Below are positions 32,828 to 43,003 of a stretch of DNA of 64,000 nt, in pieces. The notes under the pieces were generated by a model. The model did not search any database. It had not been told where the DNA came from and saw only the letters and a program-made list of their open reading frames with translations. Position 1 is the stretch's first letter. Each line of letters opens with the position of its first letter. A program made the position numbers and the translations under genes. The stretch lies in the IMG/VR virus record IMGVR_UViG_3300032236_000747, positions 62,001 to 126,000 of that record; one strand, given 5' to 3'.

Positions 32828-33103
32828 ATGGCGTTAGTTAGAGGAAAAGTTAATCCGTTAAATGTGTTAGGTATTAGAAAACTTGATCACATTCCTCCTC
32901 ATTTTGAGCGTCTAGCTATTAATGGCATTGATATTGAAGATATTGATGTTTGGGTTTATACAAACCTAGACAGTCGATATTGTATCAAAAAAGGTCAAAA
33001 AGTAGATGCTCAAAATAAACTAATAGACACTATCGAGTTGGGCCTAGAAGATCCCAAGGAAATGTCCATGTTTCTTTTAGGATGCCCTCATTTATTAAAA
33101 TAA
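32828..33103 (+). CDS. Hypothetical protein
   Basis: 91-aa ORF. Confidence 0.6.
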   Translation: MALVRGKVNPLNVLGIRKLDHIPPHFERLAINGIDIEDIDVWVYTNLDSRYCIKKGQKVDAQNKLIDTIELGLEDPKEMSMFLLGCPHLLK

Positions 33104-33112
33104 GGATATAAA

Positions 33113-33340
33113 ATGTCAGAAGAACAAACACAAGCACCAGAAGCAGCGCCACAAGCTCAACCAGAGCTAACAATCGTTGATTTGCAGAATCTAAGAGCAA
33201 TCTTTGATATTGCAGCAAGCCGTGGAGCATTTAAAGCTGCTGAAATGGAAGCTATTGGTTCACAGTATAGTAAACTAAGTCGCTTTTTAGATGCTGTAGC
33301 ACCTGCTCAACAACCTGCTGATCAACAACCAGCAGCCTAA
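33113..33340 (+). CDS. Hypothetical protein
   Basis: 75-aa ORF with an AAGGA Shine-Dalgarno. Confidence 0.6.
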   Translation: MSEEQTQAPEAAPQAQPELTIVDLQNLRAIFDIAASRGAFKAAEMEAIGSQYSKLSRFLDAVAPAQQPADQQPAA

Positions 33341-33349
33341 GGAGAAGTT

Positions 33350-33931
33350 ATGAAACACGTTGGCAAAATGAAAAACAACTCAGCCAGAGTTGCTGTCGCC
33401 TACAGAACACTACCAGGAGATCCTCATAGTGCATTAGTCGTAGGTGTACAAGGATTAGGTGATAGCTATCACGATTTCCTAATGACTGTTATCGAAAGCG
33501 AACCCGCGCAACAGGCAAATGAGCTTGCAGAAGTTTTAGCCACACGTCGATTCGCAGACGGAACCGTTATGTTAAGTTATCTACACCTTAACGGTCACTT
33601 GAAGAAAGTAGCTACCAATGCTGTGCTAATGACTCCAGACAGTCACACAGCTATCCAACTAGATCAACTAAATGAAATCATTGCTACACAGAAAGGTGTA
33701 TCAATCGAGGATCTAGCTGTAAATGATGGCACACCTCAAGACAAGACTGCTAAGAAGCCACAGCCAAAGGAAGAAGTTGTAGTACCAACTGGAACAACTC
33801 CTATGACTGCTTCCGAACTTCGTAGCAAAGCAGATGCTTTATATAAAGAAGCTGCTAAACTTCGCAAGGAGGCCGATGAACTCGATCCGCCTAAAAGTAA
33901 AACAAAAAAGGTGGCTGCTGAGGCTGAATGA
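33350..33931 (+). CDS. Hypothetical protein
   Basis: 193-aa ORF with an AAGGAG Shine-Dalgarno. Confidence 0.65.
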   Translation: MKHVGKMKNNSARVAVAYRTLPGDPHSALVVGVQGLGDSYHDFLMTVIESEPAQQANELAEVLATRRFADGTVMLSYLHLNGHLKKVATNAVLMTPDSHTAIQLDQLNEIIATQKGVSIEDLAVNDGTPQDKTAKKPQPKEEVVVPTGTTPMTASELRSKADALYKEAAKLRKEADELDPPKSKTKKVAAEAE

Positions 33932-34011
33932 TTGGTTTCATAGTTGAAACTGTAAAAGGCATGGGCCGCAAGGTCATGCCTTTTATTATCCCTGAAGAAT
34001 ATAAAAAAGTT

Positions 34012-34899
34012 ATGACACATCCAGAACAAGCGTATCTAAGCGCATTAAAAGATATCTTAGAAACAGGCGAACATCGTCCAGATCGCACCGGAACTGGCAC
34101 TATTAGTAAGTTTGGAATCCAAATGCGATTTGATCTTACACAAGGTTTTCCAGCAGTGACTACTAAGAAACTTGCTTGGAAGGCTATGTCTAGTGAACTT
34201 ATTTGGTTCCTTGAAGGTAGCGGAGATGAGTTTAGATTAAGAGAAATCTTACATGGAGAACGTTATACTGACAAACGCACCATCTGGAGTGATAACGTAG
34301 AAGCAGAATATTGGACTAAACGCAAGGTAGCTAGACACAAGGGCGACCTCGGTCGCATCTACGGGGTACAATGGCGTAAGTGGCGTAAACCTATTATTGG
34401 TATTAAAGCTGTTGCTATTCATCAAGTTGATCAAGTAGCAGAAGTAATCAATAGTATTAAGAATGATCCGTATGGCCGTAGGCATATTATTAGCGCATGG
34501 AATCCATCAGAACTAGATCAAATGGCATTACCGCCTTGTCATTTACTGTGCCAGTTCTATGTTAGTGTAGACAAGAAACTCAGCTGCCATATGTATCAAC
34601 GCAGTGCTGATTTTCCGCTAGGAGTTCCGTTTAATATCGCTAGCTATGCTCTGCTTACTCATATGGTGGCACAAGTGTGCGGACTAGGAGTAGGAGAACT
34701 AGTCATGAGTTTTGGAGATGCTCATATCTATGAAAATCAAGTCAAAGGTGTTAAGGAACAGCTAAAGAGAGAACCAATGCCGTTGCCTACGCTTTGGTTA
34801 AATCCAGAAATCAAAGATATTAATAAGTTTACAATGGATGATATGAAGCTCGAGGACTACGAGCATCATCCGCAAATTGAATTTCCGTTTGCTGTTTAA
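34012..34899 (+). CDS. thyA: Thymidylate synthase
   Basis: RPDRTGTGT, FPAVTTKK, DLGRIYGVQWR, RRHIISAWNP, ALPPCH, YQRSADFPLGVPFNIASY and GDAHIY. The start could be 33928, 33961, 33976 or 34012. Confidence 0.95.
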   Translation: MTHPEQAYLSALKDILETGEHRPDRTGTGTISKFGIQMRFDLTQGFPAVTTKKLAWKAMSSELIWFLEGSGDEFRLREILHGERYTDKRTIWSDNVEAEYWTKRKVARHKGDLGRIYGVQWRKWRKPIIGIKAVAIHQVDQVAEVINSIKNDPYGRRHIISAWNPSELDQMALPPCHLLCQFYVSVDKKLSCHMYQRSADFPLGVPFNIASYALLTHMVAQVCGLGVGELVMSFGDAHIYENQVKGVKEQLKREPMPLPTLWLNPEIKDINKFTMDDMKLEDYEHHPQIEFPFAV

Positions 34900-36881
34900 A
34901 CTTTGATTTCAATCATCCCGGACACAGAATAACTATCTTCTAAAGATATTCCTATCACTGCGTTCGGACTGTCACCGTCTTTAAACACTTCTGCGTAACC
35001 AGGTACATCGCTGGTAACTAATCGACTACCCTTGACTACGGCTCCGACTACTTTACAGAAAACACGACCTTTTAGTGCTATGTAAGGATGCGTATCATCT
35101 GGGCCAGCATCTACGTTTAACTTGTAAGCTGGGTCTTTACTAACAACCCCTGCTATATTTGTAGCAGCCCTCTTATCAGTTGTAGTAACTTCATTAACTC
35201 CGCCTACTACTAATACGGTTCCGTAATCATAAATCGCATCTGCATGGTACTTTTCAGCAATGTCGGCATAGGTAGCATTTAGTGTTGCTCCCTGTGCTAG
35301 TAGAATAGACGAGCCGGTTGTTAACTGCCATTGTCCTGTTATAGTAGCATTGGCACTTAATACAGCACCGTGGGCTGTATCGTACGCCCTTAATGCATTA
35401 GCATAAACGTTTGTGCCTTGAGGTGCAACAATACTATTAGATAAAGTAACGTTGGCAAAATAAGCATTAGTAGCTGTAACGATAGCACCATTTAAGTTTC
35501 CTAGCACATTACCTACCATATTTGAACTGGTTGGGAGACTTATAGCATTAGCATATATTCCTTGAGCAACCGTCAAGGAGTTAACAACATTAATACTACC
35601 ATTAACTGTAAGATTGTTACCTATTATTTCATTAGCAGTAACATTAAGGTTAGTTACAGTAGTTGTACCAGCATTAAGGTTAGTTGCGTTAATGTTAAGG
35701 GCATTAAAATAGTTCGTTACTGTTAATCCGTTGAAACTAGCAGCATTACCGTATAATGATCCTGCAACAGTTACAGAAGTAGCTGTTATTATTCCTACAG
35801 TAGAATATTGAGTAGTTACAGTATTAATATAAATGCTAGCAAAGGTATTAGACGGTGTTCCAATATCAACATTAACATCAGGTACATTAACACCGGGTAC
35901 CAATGCTCCGCCTAGTACACTTACAATAGTAGTAGTTGTATTATTGTATTGTACCTGGAAGTCAATCTGTCCGCCAATTTGGTTAGTGAGCTGAGAAGTA
36001 TAGTTGCCATTAGCACCTGTAGAATGTAACCAAAACTCCTTAACAGTTCCGATTGTAAGACCTTGATTGAATAAAATTCCTAGTCCGGGTCCAGCACCAA
36101 TCGAGTTTGCGCCAATACTGTTTGCTAGTCTTTCGGTTAATAAAAATTCTTCTGCGTAGTGTACTTCAGATAACTGACCAGCAGTTGTATCATAGGCTAA
36201 TGCTCTAGCTGTAGCAGCAGTACCCCAGAAATAATAAGCACCTTCTACAGAGTTTGAAATACTATTACCATTTATTGGATCACTGGTAGGTAATGTAATA
36301 CCCTGTTTTAAAATAGAAAAATTTTGATTATACAGTGGATCTGTGGGACTAACAACAAACTCATCGCGTGATGCTGCTGCTATAACCTTAGGTATGCCAG
36401 AATCATCAGTAACTGTAAAGTTTAATATATAGTGTTGATTATCATTTACATCTAACGATGTCGACGGCGTAATATTAGTTCCGTTGAATATTGTTTGTTC
36501 TGGACCGATTACTAAAAACTCAGATCCGTTATAAAAACAAAGTTGTTGAGAAGTTGTGTTAAACCAAAAATCACCTACTATGGCATTGATTGGCTGTAGA
36601 GGACCATATTTAAAACTTGCTAAAGATTTATAAGCAGCCCCATTATATACATTAAGAACCTGATTAACATTATCATACCATAACTGCCCTGACAACGGAT
36701 TCGATGGCGCACTACTATTAGAAAAGTTTTCTAATAGTTTAAGTATGTTTTGATTTAAAATATCACCATACCCAGCATAGTTTTTACCAACAAATGTTAG
36801 TGATGTAGAGGATGCGTTTATAGATCCATCTGCTATAGTAGCTAGTACTTTACCGTTTGACTTGTATAAGATGTATGGCAT
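34896..36881 (-). CDS. Tail fibre/baseplate-associated protein with a C-terminal intramolecular-chaperone-like domain
   Basis: Shared fibre N-domain (LTFVGKNYAGYG...LLENF...P..GQLWYD), a beta-helix-like middle region, and C-terminal YADIAEKY...KGRVFCKV. Confidence 0.75.
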   Translation of the reverse strand: MPYILYKSNGKVLATIADGSINASSTSLTFVGKNYAGYGDILNQNILKLLENFSNSSAPSNPLSGQLWYDNVNQVLNVYNGAAYKSLASFKYGPLQPINAIVGDFWFNTTSQQLCFYNGSEFLVIGPEQTIFNGTNITPSTSLDVNDNQHYILNFTVTDDSGIPKVIAAASRDEFVVSPTDPLYNQNFSILKQGITLPTSDPINGNSISNSVEGAYYFWGTAATARALAYDTTAGQLSEVHYAEEFLLTERLANSIGANSIGAGPGLGILFNQGLTIGTVKEFWLHSTGANGNYTSQLTNQIGGQIDFQVQYNNTTTTIVSVLGGALVPGVNVPDVNVDIGTPSNTFASIYINTVTTQYSTVGIITATSVTVAGSLYGNAASFNGLTVTNYFNALNINATNLNAGTTTVTNLNVTANEIIGNNLTVNGSINVVNSLTVAQGIYANAISLPTSSNMVGNVLGNLNGAIVTATNAYFANVTLSNSIVAPQGTNVYANALRAYDTAHGAVLSANATITGQWQLTTGSSILLAQGATLNATYADIAEKYHADAIYDYGTVLVVGGVNEVTTTDKRAATNIAGVVSKDPAYKLNVDAGPDDTHPYIALKGRVFCKVVGAVVKGSRLVTSDVPGYAEVFKDGDSPNAVIGISLEDSYSVSGMIEIKV

Positions 36882-36902
36882 TATTTGATTCCAGATTCTG
36901 TA

Positions 36903-36908
36903 TATTTA
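36903..36908 (-). promoter_or_regulatory. Late promoter core TAAATA
   Basis: Reverse complement reads CAATAAATATAC, upstream of the ORF starting at 36881. Confidence 0.55.
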
Positions 36909-36918
36909 TTGATCATTG

Positions 36919-38541
36919 TTATGCGCTTTTTACCATAACTTGGATAACGCCGACGATAGCACTTTCATCATAACTTTCTATAGCTTTACCTATCACTGAC
37001 CCAGTTTTTGGTCCGAACAAGGATACATTAGATGCTCGAGTAGCAACGCCCGGGATTTTACTTGTGACAAGCAAATCTCCCTTTTTAATAGGTCCTATAA
37101 CCTTACAAGGAACACGACCAGCAAGTGCTATGTAAATACCCCCCACTAATCCTTGATTTAAAGCATACGCAGGGTTGGTAGAAACAATCCCTGCTACTGC
37201 GGTATCCATTGCCGTAGTTGACAGCGTTATTTCGTTGATTCCGCCAAACGACAATACTGTGCCTGGTTGATAATCTTCGTCTGGCAAATATTTTTCTGCT
37301 AGGTCAGCATAGGTTGCGTAAAATGTTGCCCCAGCTTCTAAGGTCCATTGCCCGCTTACTGATCCGTAGGTACTATTATCACGACCTATTTTATTTAAAA
37401 CCATTGTAGCTGTAGTCACAGACTGATTAGCTATATCAGTTTTTGTAATAGCATCTGTTATTCCGTATCCTGCTATTGTTGTTGGCTTTCCATAAACAGC
37501 AGACCAAGAAACTTGATTGCTTTCTAACGCACGAATTGCTGTAGCAGCATAAGTTGAAGTGTTTGCTATTTCAGCTGTAGTAGCATGTATAGAATTAGTA
37601 GCAGAACTGACCGCAAATGATGTAGGATTAGTCCATACAGGTCCTGTTATTCCTGCAGTTAACAAATATCCAGGAATGTTTGATAAGTTTAAAAATGATG
37701 TAGAGCTAGATGCTGTTTGATAAGGAATACTTCCCGGTAAACCATTAGATAAATTATTTGCTTTTTTAACAGTTACACTATCAATAGTTTGCCAATAAGG
37801 TGCTGATCCATTAGATGTTAATAATGTATTAGCGGTGCCGATGCCTAGATATGTTGTTGCTCCAACTGCTGATTGATATACCAACGATCCAGCAGCGCCA
37901 GCGGCTACGTTAGTTGCTGTAGTTGCCATGTTACTATTAGCGGTTCTGCCGTTTAAAATAACATCATTCGTAGATTGATTTTTAAATGTTATTCCTCTAT
38001 TAACGCTAGGAAAACCAGATATAATATTGCTTGAATCAAGAACAAAACTAACTTTAGAAATAATACCAATGGTTTCTTCGTCTACTATTATTTTAACAAC
38101 AGGATGTGTTTGAGAAAATATATCTTTTAATGTAGTTGAATACATTCTAGTTGTGCCTCTTCCCGGCACACCTTCAGGTCCAACTAAAGAAAATCCTGTT
38201 CCTGTACTTACATAAAGCTGATTAGATGTTTGATTTAAATATAACGCACCGGTTTGAGTCACAGACTGGTCTGTGGTAATCACTGCTACAGGAGTCCATA
38301 CTCCTTGATTATAATAGTTTAAATTTGTTTGATCGTACCATAGTTGACCGTTAACCGGATTAACAGGACTTGAACTATTAGCAAAGTTTTCTAATAGGTA
38401 TAAAAAGTTTTCATTCTGCAGAGCGCCAAAGTTACTGACATTTTTTCCTACCAAGTTAAGGCTTGTGCTATTGTCAACAACGCCGTCTCCTATTACCAAC
38501 CTTACGTTACTGCTATTATAATCTTTAATGATATATGGCAT
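36919..38541 (-). CDS. Tail fibre paralogue with a C-terminal chaperone-like domain
   Basis: Same N-domain; C-terminal YADLAEKY...AGRVPCKVIGPIKKGDLLVTS. Confidence 0.75.
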   Translation of the reverse strand: MPYIIKDYNSSNVRLVIGDGVVDNSTSLNLVGKNVSNFGALQNENFLYLLENFANSSSPVNPVNGQLWYDQTNLNYYNQGVWTPVAVITTDQSVTQTGALYLNQTSNQLYVSTGTGFSLVGPEGVPGRGTTRMYSTTLKDIFSQTHPVVKIIVDEETIGIISKVSFVLDSSNIISGFPSVNRGITFKNQSTNDVILNGRTANSNMATTATNVAAGAAGSLVYQSAVGATTYLGIGTANTLLTSNGSAPYWQTIDSVTVKKANNLSNGLPGSIPYQTASSSTSFLNLSNIPGYLLTAGITGPVWTNPTSFAVSSATNSIHATTAEIANTSTYAATAIRALESNQVSWSAVYGKPTTIAGYGITDAITKTDIANQSVTTATMVLNKIGRDNSTYGSVSGQWTLEAGATFYATYADLAEKYLPDEDYQPGTVLSFGGINEITLSTTAMDTAVAGIVSTNPAYALNQGLVGGIYIALAGRVPCKVIGPIKKGDLLVTSKIPGVATRASNVSLFGPKTGSVIGKAIESYDESAIVGVIQVMVKSA

Positions 38542-38555
38542 TCTTTGTTCCTTGC

Positions 38556-40403
38556 TTATGCTGTTCTAACCCAATCGCTGTTTCCTATAGTACCTTCAAC
38601 TCTCCATGTTTGAACAGTATATGTAGTTACAGGAGCCACGTTTTGAGCAGGAACTTTTCCTGATATATAGGCTGGGTCAGCTGGCATAACTACTGCGGTA
38701 GTTGCTGTACTGTGACTAAAATCTATAGTATTAATAACACTAATTCCGCCAACTCCGAATGCTACAGTACCAGTCGAAATAGGAACAGATGTAACTCCGG
38801 CAAGAATATTAGCCCTTGATCCGATTGGTAGGTTGAATATTACATCGGTTCCTGTATTAGTAATAGGAAACATTTGTTTTAAAATATTCTTCACATACAA
38901 ATCGTCACCTACGTGCCCTGTAATGTCTAATGTTAGAGAACAAGCATATAAGTTATTTTTTAGATTAACTTGATTAAGAACGTAGTTTTTAGTTGCAGCA
39001 TCTTGGCTATTTACAGGATCGGCAAGATTTATAATAGTGCCGCTGTTTAACGAAACATGTCCGTTAGGACTTAATATTAAGTTGCCGCTAGCAGTCATAG
39101 TATTACCGGTCATGGAAATATTACCGACCGATAAGTTAGTTAATGTTCCAACAGATACAAGACCAGGTGCGCTAGCAATCGTCGATCCCAACGAAGTGTT
39201 TGATATTACTGTAGTTCCGTTTATTTTGTAAGTGCTTGTAGAGTTAGTTAAATTAAAGTTATCGTTGGAGTTCCAACCAGTTCCGTCATTTTCCCATAAC
39301 AACGAATGTGTGCTAGCACCTAATAACTTAATGCCGCCGCCGTTGGCATATGTATCGTCAGATTGTCCCCATCCTAGATATATAGTAGAAGAGTTAATTT
39401 CTAGATTTAAACTAGTAACGTTTGTAGTAGTTCCAACAACATATAAGTTACCTTGTATACGAGTATCACCTACAATATCTAGTGGATATTGAGGATTTTC
39501 TGTCCACACACCAACTGTCTTATTAACAGGTTGTAAAAATAGTGGTGATATAATACCAGCTGATTGATTTGTAACCTGAAATCTTAGTGGTTTGTTTATA
39601 GAACCGTATAATACAGTAGCTACGTGTGTACCCGAGCCTACCCCAATCGAAAGTTGATCAAAGGTAGAGTTTTGTAACAATAACCCATTAGAATTATTAA
39701 TAGTCAATGCGCCGTATATTGTTTGATCAATATCGTTACGAACAAAACTACTAACATTAATACCAGCAACGCTATCTGCACTGGTCGCAGTTCCTACAAA
39801 GCGAATGCCCGGTATAGAAGTGTTTATATTTAAACCCACTCCCAGTGTAGTAAATCCTGCAGTGCTTACAGCTAGTGTAAACGAAGCAGTAGACATTATA
39901 CCTACCATAGTACCGGCATTCCATAACTGTGTTACATCATGATATCCTAGTGTATTTTTGTCTTGAACTGTTTGAGTAATCCAACCAGTATTACCATATT
40001 TTTTAGAATCACGAGGAGCAATTAACGTAGGTGCTACAAATCCTGATTGAGCATAATATAGCTGTTCATTAGTTGTGTCAAACCAGAAATCGTTTGGAAC
40101 TAAGTCAACCGGAAGAGTTGCCGCTTCTAATGTACTAGTAATGGGTCTAAAGATTTGATTTAGGTCATATACTTTAACTCTACCTTCGGCAGTATCATAC
40201 CATAATTGCCCAATCAGAGGACTTGTTGGTTCGTTAGACCCAGCAAAATGTCCCATTAGTTTTATTAAGTTGTTGTTATAAATCTGCCCGTATGAGTTAA
40301 CATTCCTGCCAACTAATGTTAAGCTAGTTGCTAGAGAATCTGTAGTTCCGTCTGCTAGTGTAAGCAGCACACTTCCGTCATTATTATATATCGTATAGGC
40401 CAT
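38556..40403 (-). CDS. Tail fibre paralogue
   Basis: Same N-domain (LTLVGRNVNSYGQ...GQLWYD); contains a PVNSQDAATKNYV fibre repeat. Confidence 0.75.
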   Translation of the reverse strand: MAYTIYNNDGSVLLTLADGTTDSLATSLTLVGRNVNSYGQIYNNNLIKLMGHFAGSNEPTSPLIGQLWYDTAEGRVKVYDLNQIFRPITSTLEAATLPVDLVPNDFWFDTTNEQLYYAQSGFVAPTLIAPRDSKKYGNTGWITQTVQDKNTLGYHDVTQLWNAGTMVGIMSTASFTLAVSTAGFTTLGVGLNINTSIPGIRFVGTATSADSVAGINVSSFVRNDIDQTIYGALTINNSNGLLLQNSTFDQLSIGVGSGTHVATVLYGSINKPLRFQVTNQSAGIISPLFLQPVNKTVGVWTENPQYPLDIVGDTRIQGNLYVVGTTTNVTSLNLEINSSTIYLGWGQSDDTYANGGGIKLLGASTHSLLWENDGTGWNSNDNFNLTNSTSTYKINGTTVISNTSLGSTIASAPGLVSVGTLTNLSVGNISMTGNTMTASGNLILSPNGHVSLNSGTIINLADPVNSQDAATKNYVLNQVNLKNNLYACSLTLDITGHVGDDLYVKNILKQMFPITNTGTDVIFNLPIGSRANILAGVTSVPISTGTVAFGVGGISVINTIDFSHSTATTAVVMPADPAYISGKVPAQNVAPVTTYTVQTWRVEGTIGNSDWVRTA

Positions 40404-40406
40404 AGT

Positions 40407-42332
40407 TTATAACTTTATCATATATTTTATTCCAACAGCAGGAACAGACACACCCGCAGTTCCTGTTGCTGTAGTGGTATACAAGGAATATCCACCTGCG
40501 CTATTAGCACCATTAAGATTAGGTACTAAGAAATCAGCAGATGTAATAGTACCGTATGTTGTTCCGATAACATTGTATAAGGCAGCGGTAGTTGGACCTA
40601 CTCTACTATAACGTTGACCGTCGCACCATACCCAACCCGGTGGTAAGATATTACTAGCATTAAGTAACATAGAACCAGTAGGGGCTAATCCAGGATATAT
40701 ATCTCCTAAAAAGTTTTGTTTACTGATGTTGTATATTCTATTGTTAGCAGTACCGTTTACGCTGCTATATACCATAAGTAAATCAGACGGGTCAGCTGTT
40801 TTCTGAAGATTGCTTGCGCTAGGTGCGCCACCATTAATACCGGGATACGGATTTAATGTGTCTATAATAGCGTTTGTAACCGTAGTTGTCAGTGATACAG
40901 GATTATTTTGACTACCACTAAATTGAACACTATTACTTGATATAGGTCCATTTAAATTAAACTGATTCTGATAATATAAACGTGTAGCAGGACCATTTAA
41001 TATTCCAGTAAACTGTGTTGTATAAGAACTTGTTGCTGTTCCTATGTATTGGGCATAGACTGTACCAACTGGCATAGTTAATGAGCCAATAGCAGTAGAT
41101 GATGTAGTTACTAGAATATTAGAACTAAATGTAGAAGTTCCATTGAATAGGTTAGATGTTGCTGTAGTGGATCCAACTATTAACGAGTTTGTTATTACAA
41201 GATTGCCTTGAAGGTATGTATCTCCACCAACTAATAATGCTTGGGTAGAATGTATTTGATCCCTAGGATCAAAACTAACTTTTAGTTTTTTACTAATATG
41301 TGCAGTTCCTGTTACATCTAACTCCGATGTAGGATTAGCATTATTAATACCTATTCTAGGATAAACCTGAGACGGAATAGCTGAGTTAACTTGTGTTCCG
41401 TCTATGGTTAAAGCCAATAGCGGAGAGTTTTGAGCATAGGTTTGAAAATCAAATCTTCCCAAATCTGCTATATTAGAAAATAGTGCTCTACCTTTATTCT
41501 TTTGAATAACAAACGTAGAAGTAGTAGTACCTATTCTTAGACCTTCATCGTTAGCAATTGTTAACTGACCATTAATAACTGATTGAGCTGTATCATTTCT
41601 TACAAAACTATTAGCAGAAACAATTTGTGTTTGGCCAGATATAGTAGTTTGTCTTAGAGCTGCTGCTGCCGATGCAATACCATTAACAATAGGAGTTGCT
41701 CCGTTAATCAAAGCACTAACATTTACGCCTATACTTAGGTTAACAAATCCAGGAATAACTGTTTGTGGAGTGAATGCATCTTTTGATACAATCTCTACCG
41801 CAACATCGTCGATATACATAATAATAACATCGTGTGTTATTTTAGGATTTGCTTTATCAATAAGACTAGTAGGATATGCACCGGTCTTTGTTCCGCTAGA
41901 TGTATTGGGCCCTACTAGTACCCAAGGATTTGTACTTAGTGAACCGTTATTAATGTATAAAAGAAAGTTTGCTGTATCAACCCATATATCACCGGCTTTG
42001 GCAGTTGATGGCCCGTTTCCAACAGCATCCGGTGCTTGTTCGTATAATCCGTTAACTGGTACCCAACCAGTAACAGCATCGTTGACTTTTAATACCTGAT
42101 TATAGCTGTCGTACCATAGCTGACCTTCTACTCCATTAGCAGGAGCAGTTGGATTAGCAGAGTTTTCTAATAATGCTAAAAAGTTTTGATTAATAGCCTG
42201 ACCATAGCCTGGATAGTTTCTTCCAATCAAAGTCAAATTACTGACAGGCACTCCTTGCTGTTCAGGAACAGTTATTCCGCCATTTGTATTTTTAGAAGGG
42301 TTAGTGAAGGTAATTTGAAACGAGTTAGACAT
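40407..42332 (-). CDS. Short tail fibre-like protein with a tail-collar domain
   Basis: Same N-domain; C-terminal PTGSML...PPGWVWCDG...LYNVIGTTYG...FLVPNL is the phage tail collar signature. Confidence 0.8.
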   Translation of the reverse strand: MSNSFQITFTNPSKNTNGGITVPEQQGVPVSNLTLIGRNYPGYGQAINQNFLALLENSANPTAPANGVEGQLWYDSYNQVLKVNDAVTGWVPVNGLYEQAPDAVGNGPSTAKAGDIWVDTANFLLYINNGSLSTNPWVLVGPNTSSGTKTGAYPTSLIDKANPKITHDVIIMYIDDVAVEIVSKDAFTPQTVIPGFVNLSIGVNVSALINGATPIVNGIASAAAALRQTTISGQTQIVSANSFVRNDTAQSVINGQLTIANDEGLRIGTTTSTFVIQKNKGRALFSNIADLGRFDFQTYAQNSPLLALTIDGTQVNSAIPSQVYPRIGINNANPTSELDVTGTAHISKKLKVSFDPRDQIHSTQALLVGGDTYLQGNLVITNSLIVGSTTATSNLFNGTSTFSSNILVTTSSTAIGSLTMPVGTVYAQYIGTATSSYTTQFTGILNGPATRLYYQNQFNLNGPISSNSVQFSGSQNNPVSLTTTVTNAIIDTLNPYPGINGGAPSASNLQKTADPSDLLMVYSSVNGTANNRIYNISKQNFLGDIYPGLAPTGSMLLNASNILPPGWVWCDGQRYSRVGPTTAALYNVIGTTYGTITSADFLVPNLNGANSAGGYSLYTTTATGTAGVSVPAVGIKYMIKL

Positions 42333-42334
42333 GT

Positions 42335-43003
42335 TTACATTCCAGTGCTAAGGCTTTGTATCCTTACGGTATAATCAATTTGTATTAATCTGTTTAAAGA
42401 TTTTTGCACAGGGTGGAATATTACATGAGTTAGTAAATCTCCTGTCCCTGGACCGTTAACGCCAAAGCCTCTGAGTCCTAGTTCGTCGAATGTATAAGCA
42501 TTAGTTTGACTAGTGCTATTATCAAACGCTAACTGATCATTAGGTTCACCAAAATCTAATAGGCATGTTACTAATACATCGGTGTAATAAGCACCAGTAA
42601 CGTGTCTAACTTCCATAAAGTTCCTAGATGGATCTTTATTCAGCACGCTGTTAGCATCAACATTTTTATAATATGTTTGATTGTATAGTCCGGCATTTGC
42701 TCCTACAGAATTAGGAGTTAGATATGTAATAATACCTGTAGGATCAACCCTGCTTCCGCCGTTACCAAATGCCATTTCTGATATCCAACCTTGCGACTGA
42801 TTACTTACAGCACTGGCCAATGCCATACTAAAATTTTCATAATGAATAGCGTTTAGCTTGTCGATTAAAACTTCGCCTGTTTCCGGGTCCGAAATCTTGA
42901 TATGGCCTCGTATAGATAGGGATCCAGTTTCGTTAGGTTTTGATGATTTTTCTGGTGCTTCTTTAGAATTATCTTGCATTTTATTTGTCTCAGGTTGATT
43001 CAT
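42335..43003 (-). CDS. Probable baseplate/tail structural protein
   Basis: 222 aa with FDELGL, HVIFHPVQKS and IDYTVRI; sits in the tail module behind a late promoter. Confidence 0.6.
   Translation of the reverse strand: MNQPETNKMQDNSKEAPEKSSKPNETGSLSIRGHIKISDPETGEVLIDKLNAIHYENFSMALASAVSNQSQGWISEMAFGNGGSRVDPTGIITYLTPNSVGANAGLYNQTYYKNVDANSVLNKDPSRNFMEVRHVTGAYYTDVLVTCLLDFGEPNDQLAFDNSTSQTNAYTFDELGLRGFGVNGPGTGDLLTHVIFHPVQKSLNRLIQIDYTVRIQSLSTGM

Noticed and set aside
34012-34899. ThyA as a possible dCMP/dUMP hydroxymethylase feeding the glycosyltransferase
   Set aside because: It keeps the canonical thymidylate synthase residues, including the dUMP-specifying Asn in LGVPFNIASY; dCMP hydroxymethylases have Asp at this position.
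34896-34899. Convergent stop-codon overlap at the strand switch with no terminator hairpin
   Set aside because: This is a common compaction feature in phage genomes with no evidence of a special function.
34896-38541. Diversity-generating retroelement acting on the similar C-termini of two fibre genes
   Set aside because: Similarity is at the protein level with many non-adenine differences, and no reverse transcriptase or non-coding template repeat is present in the window.
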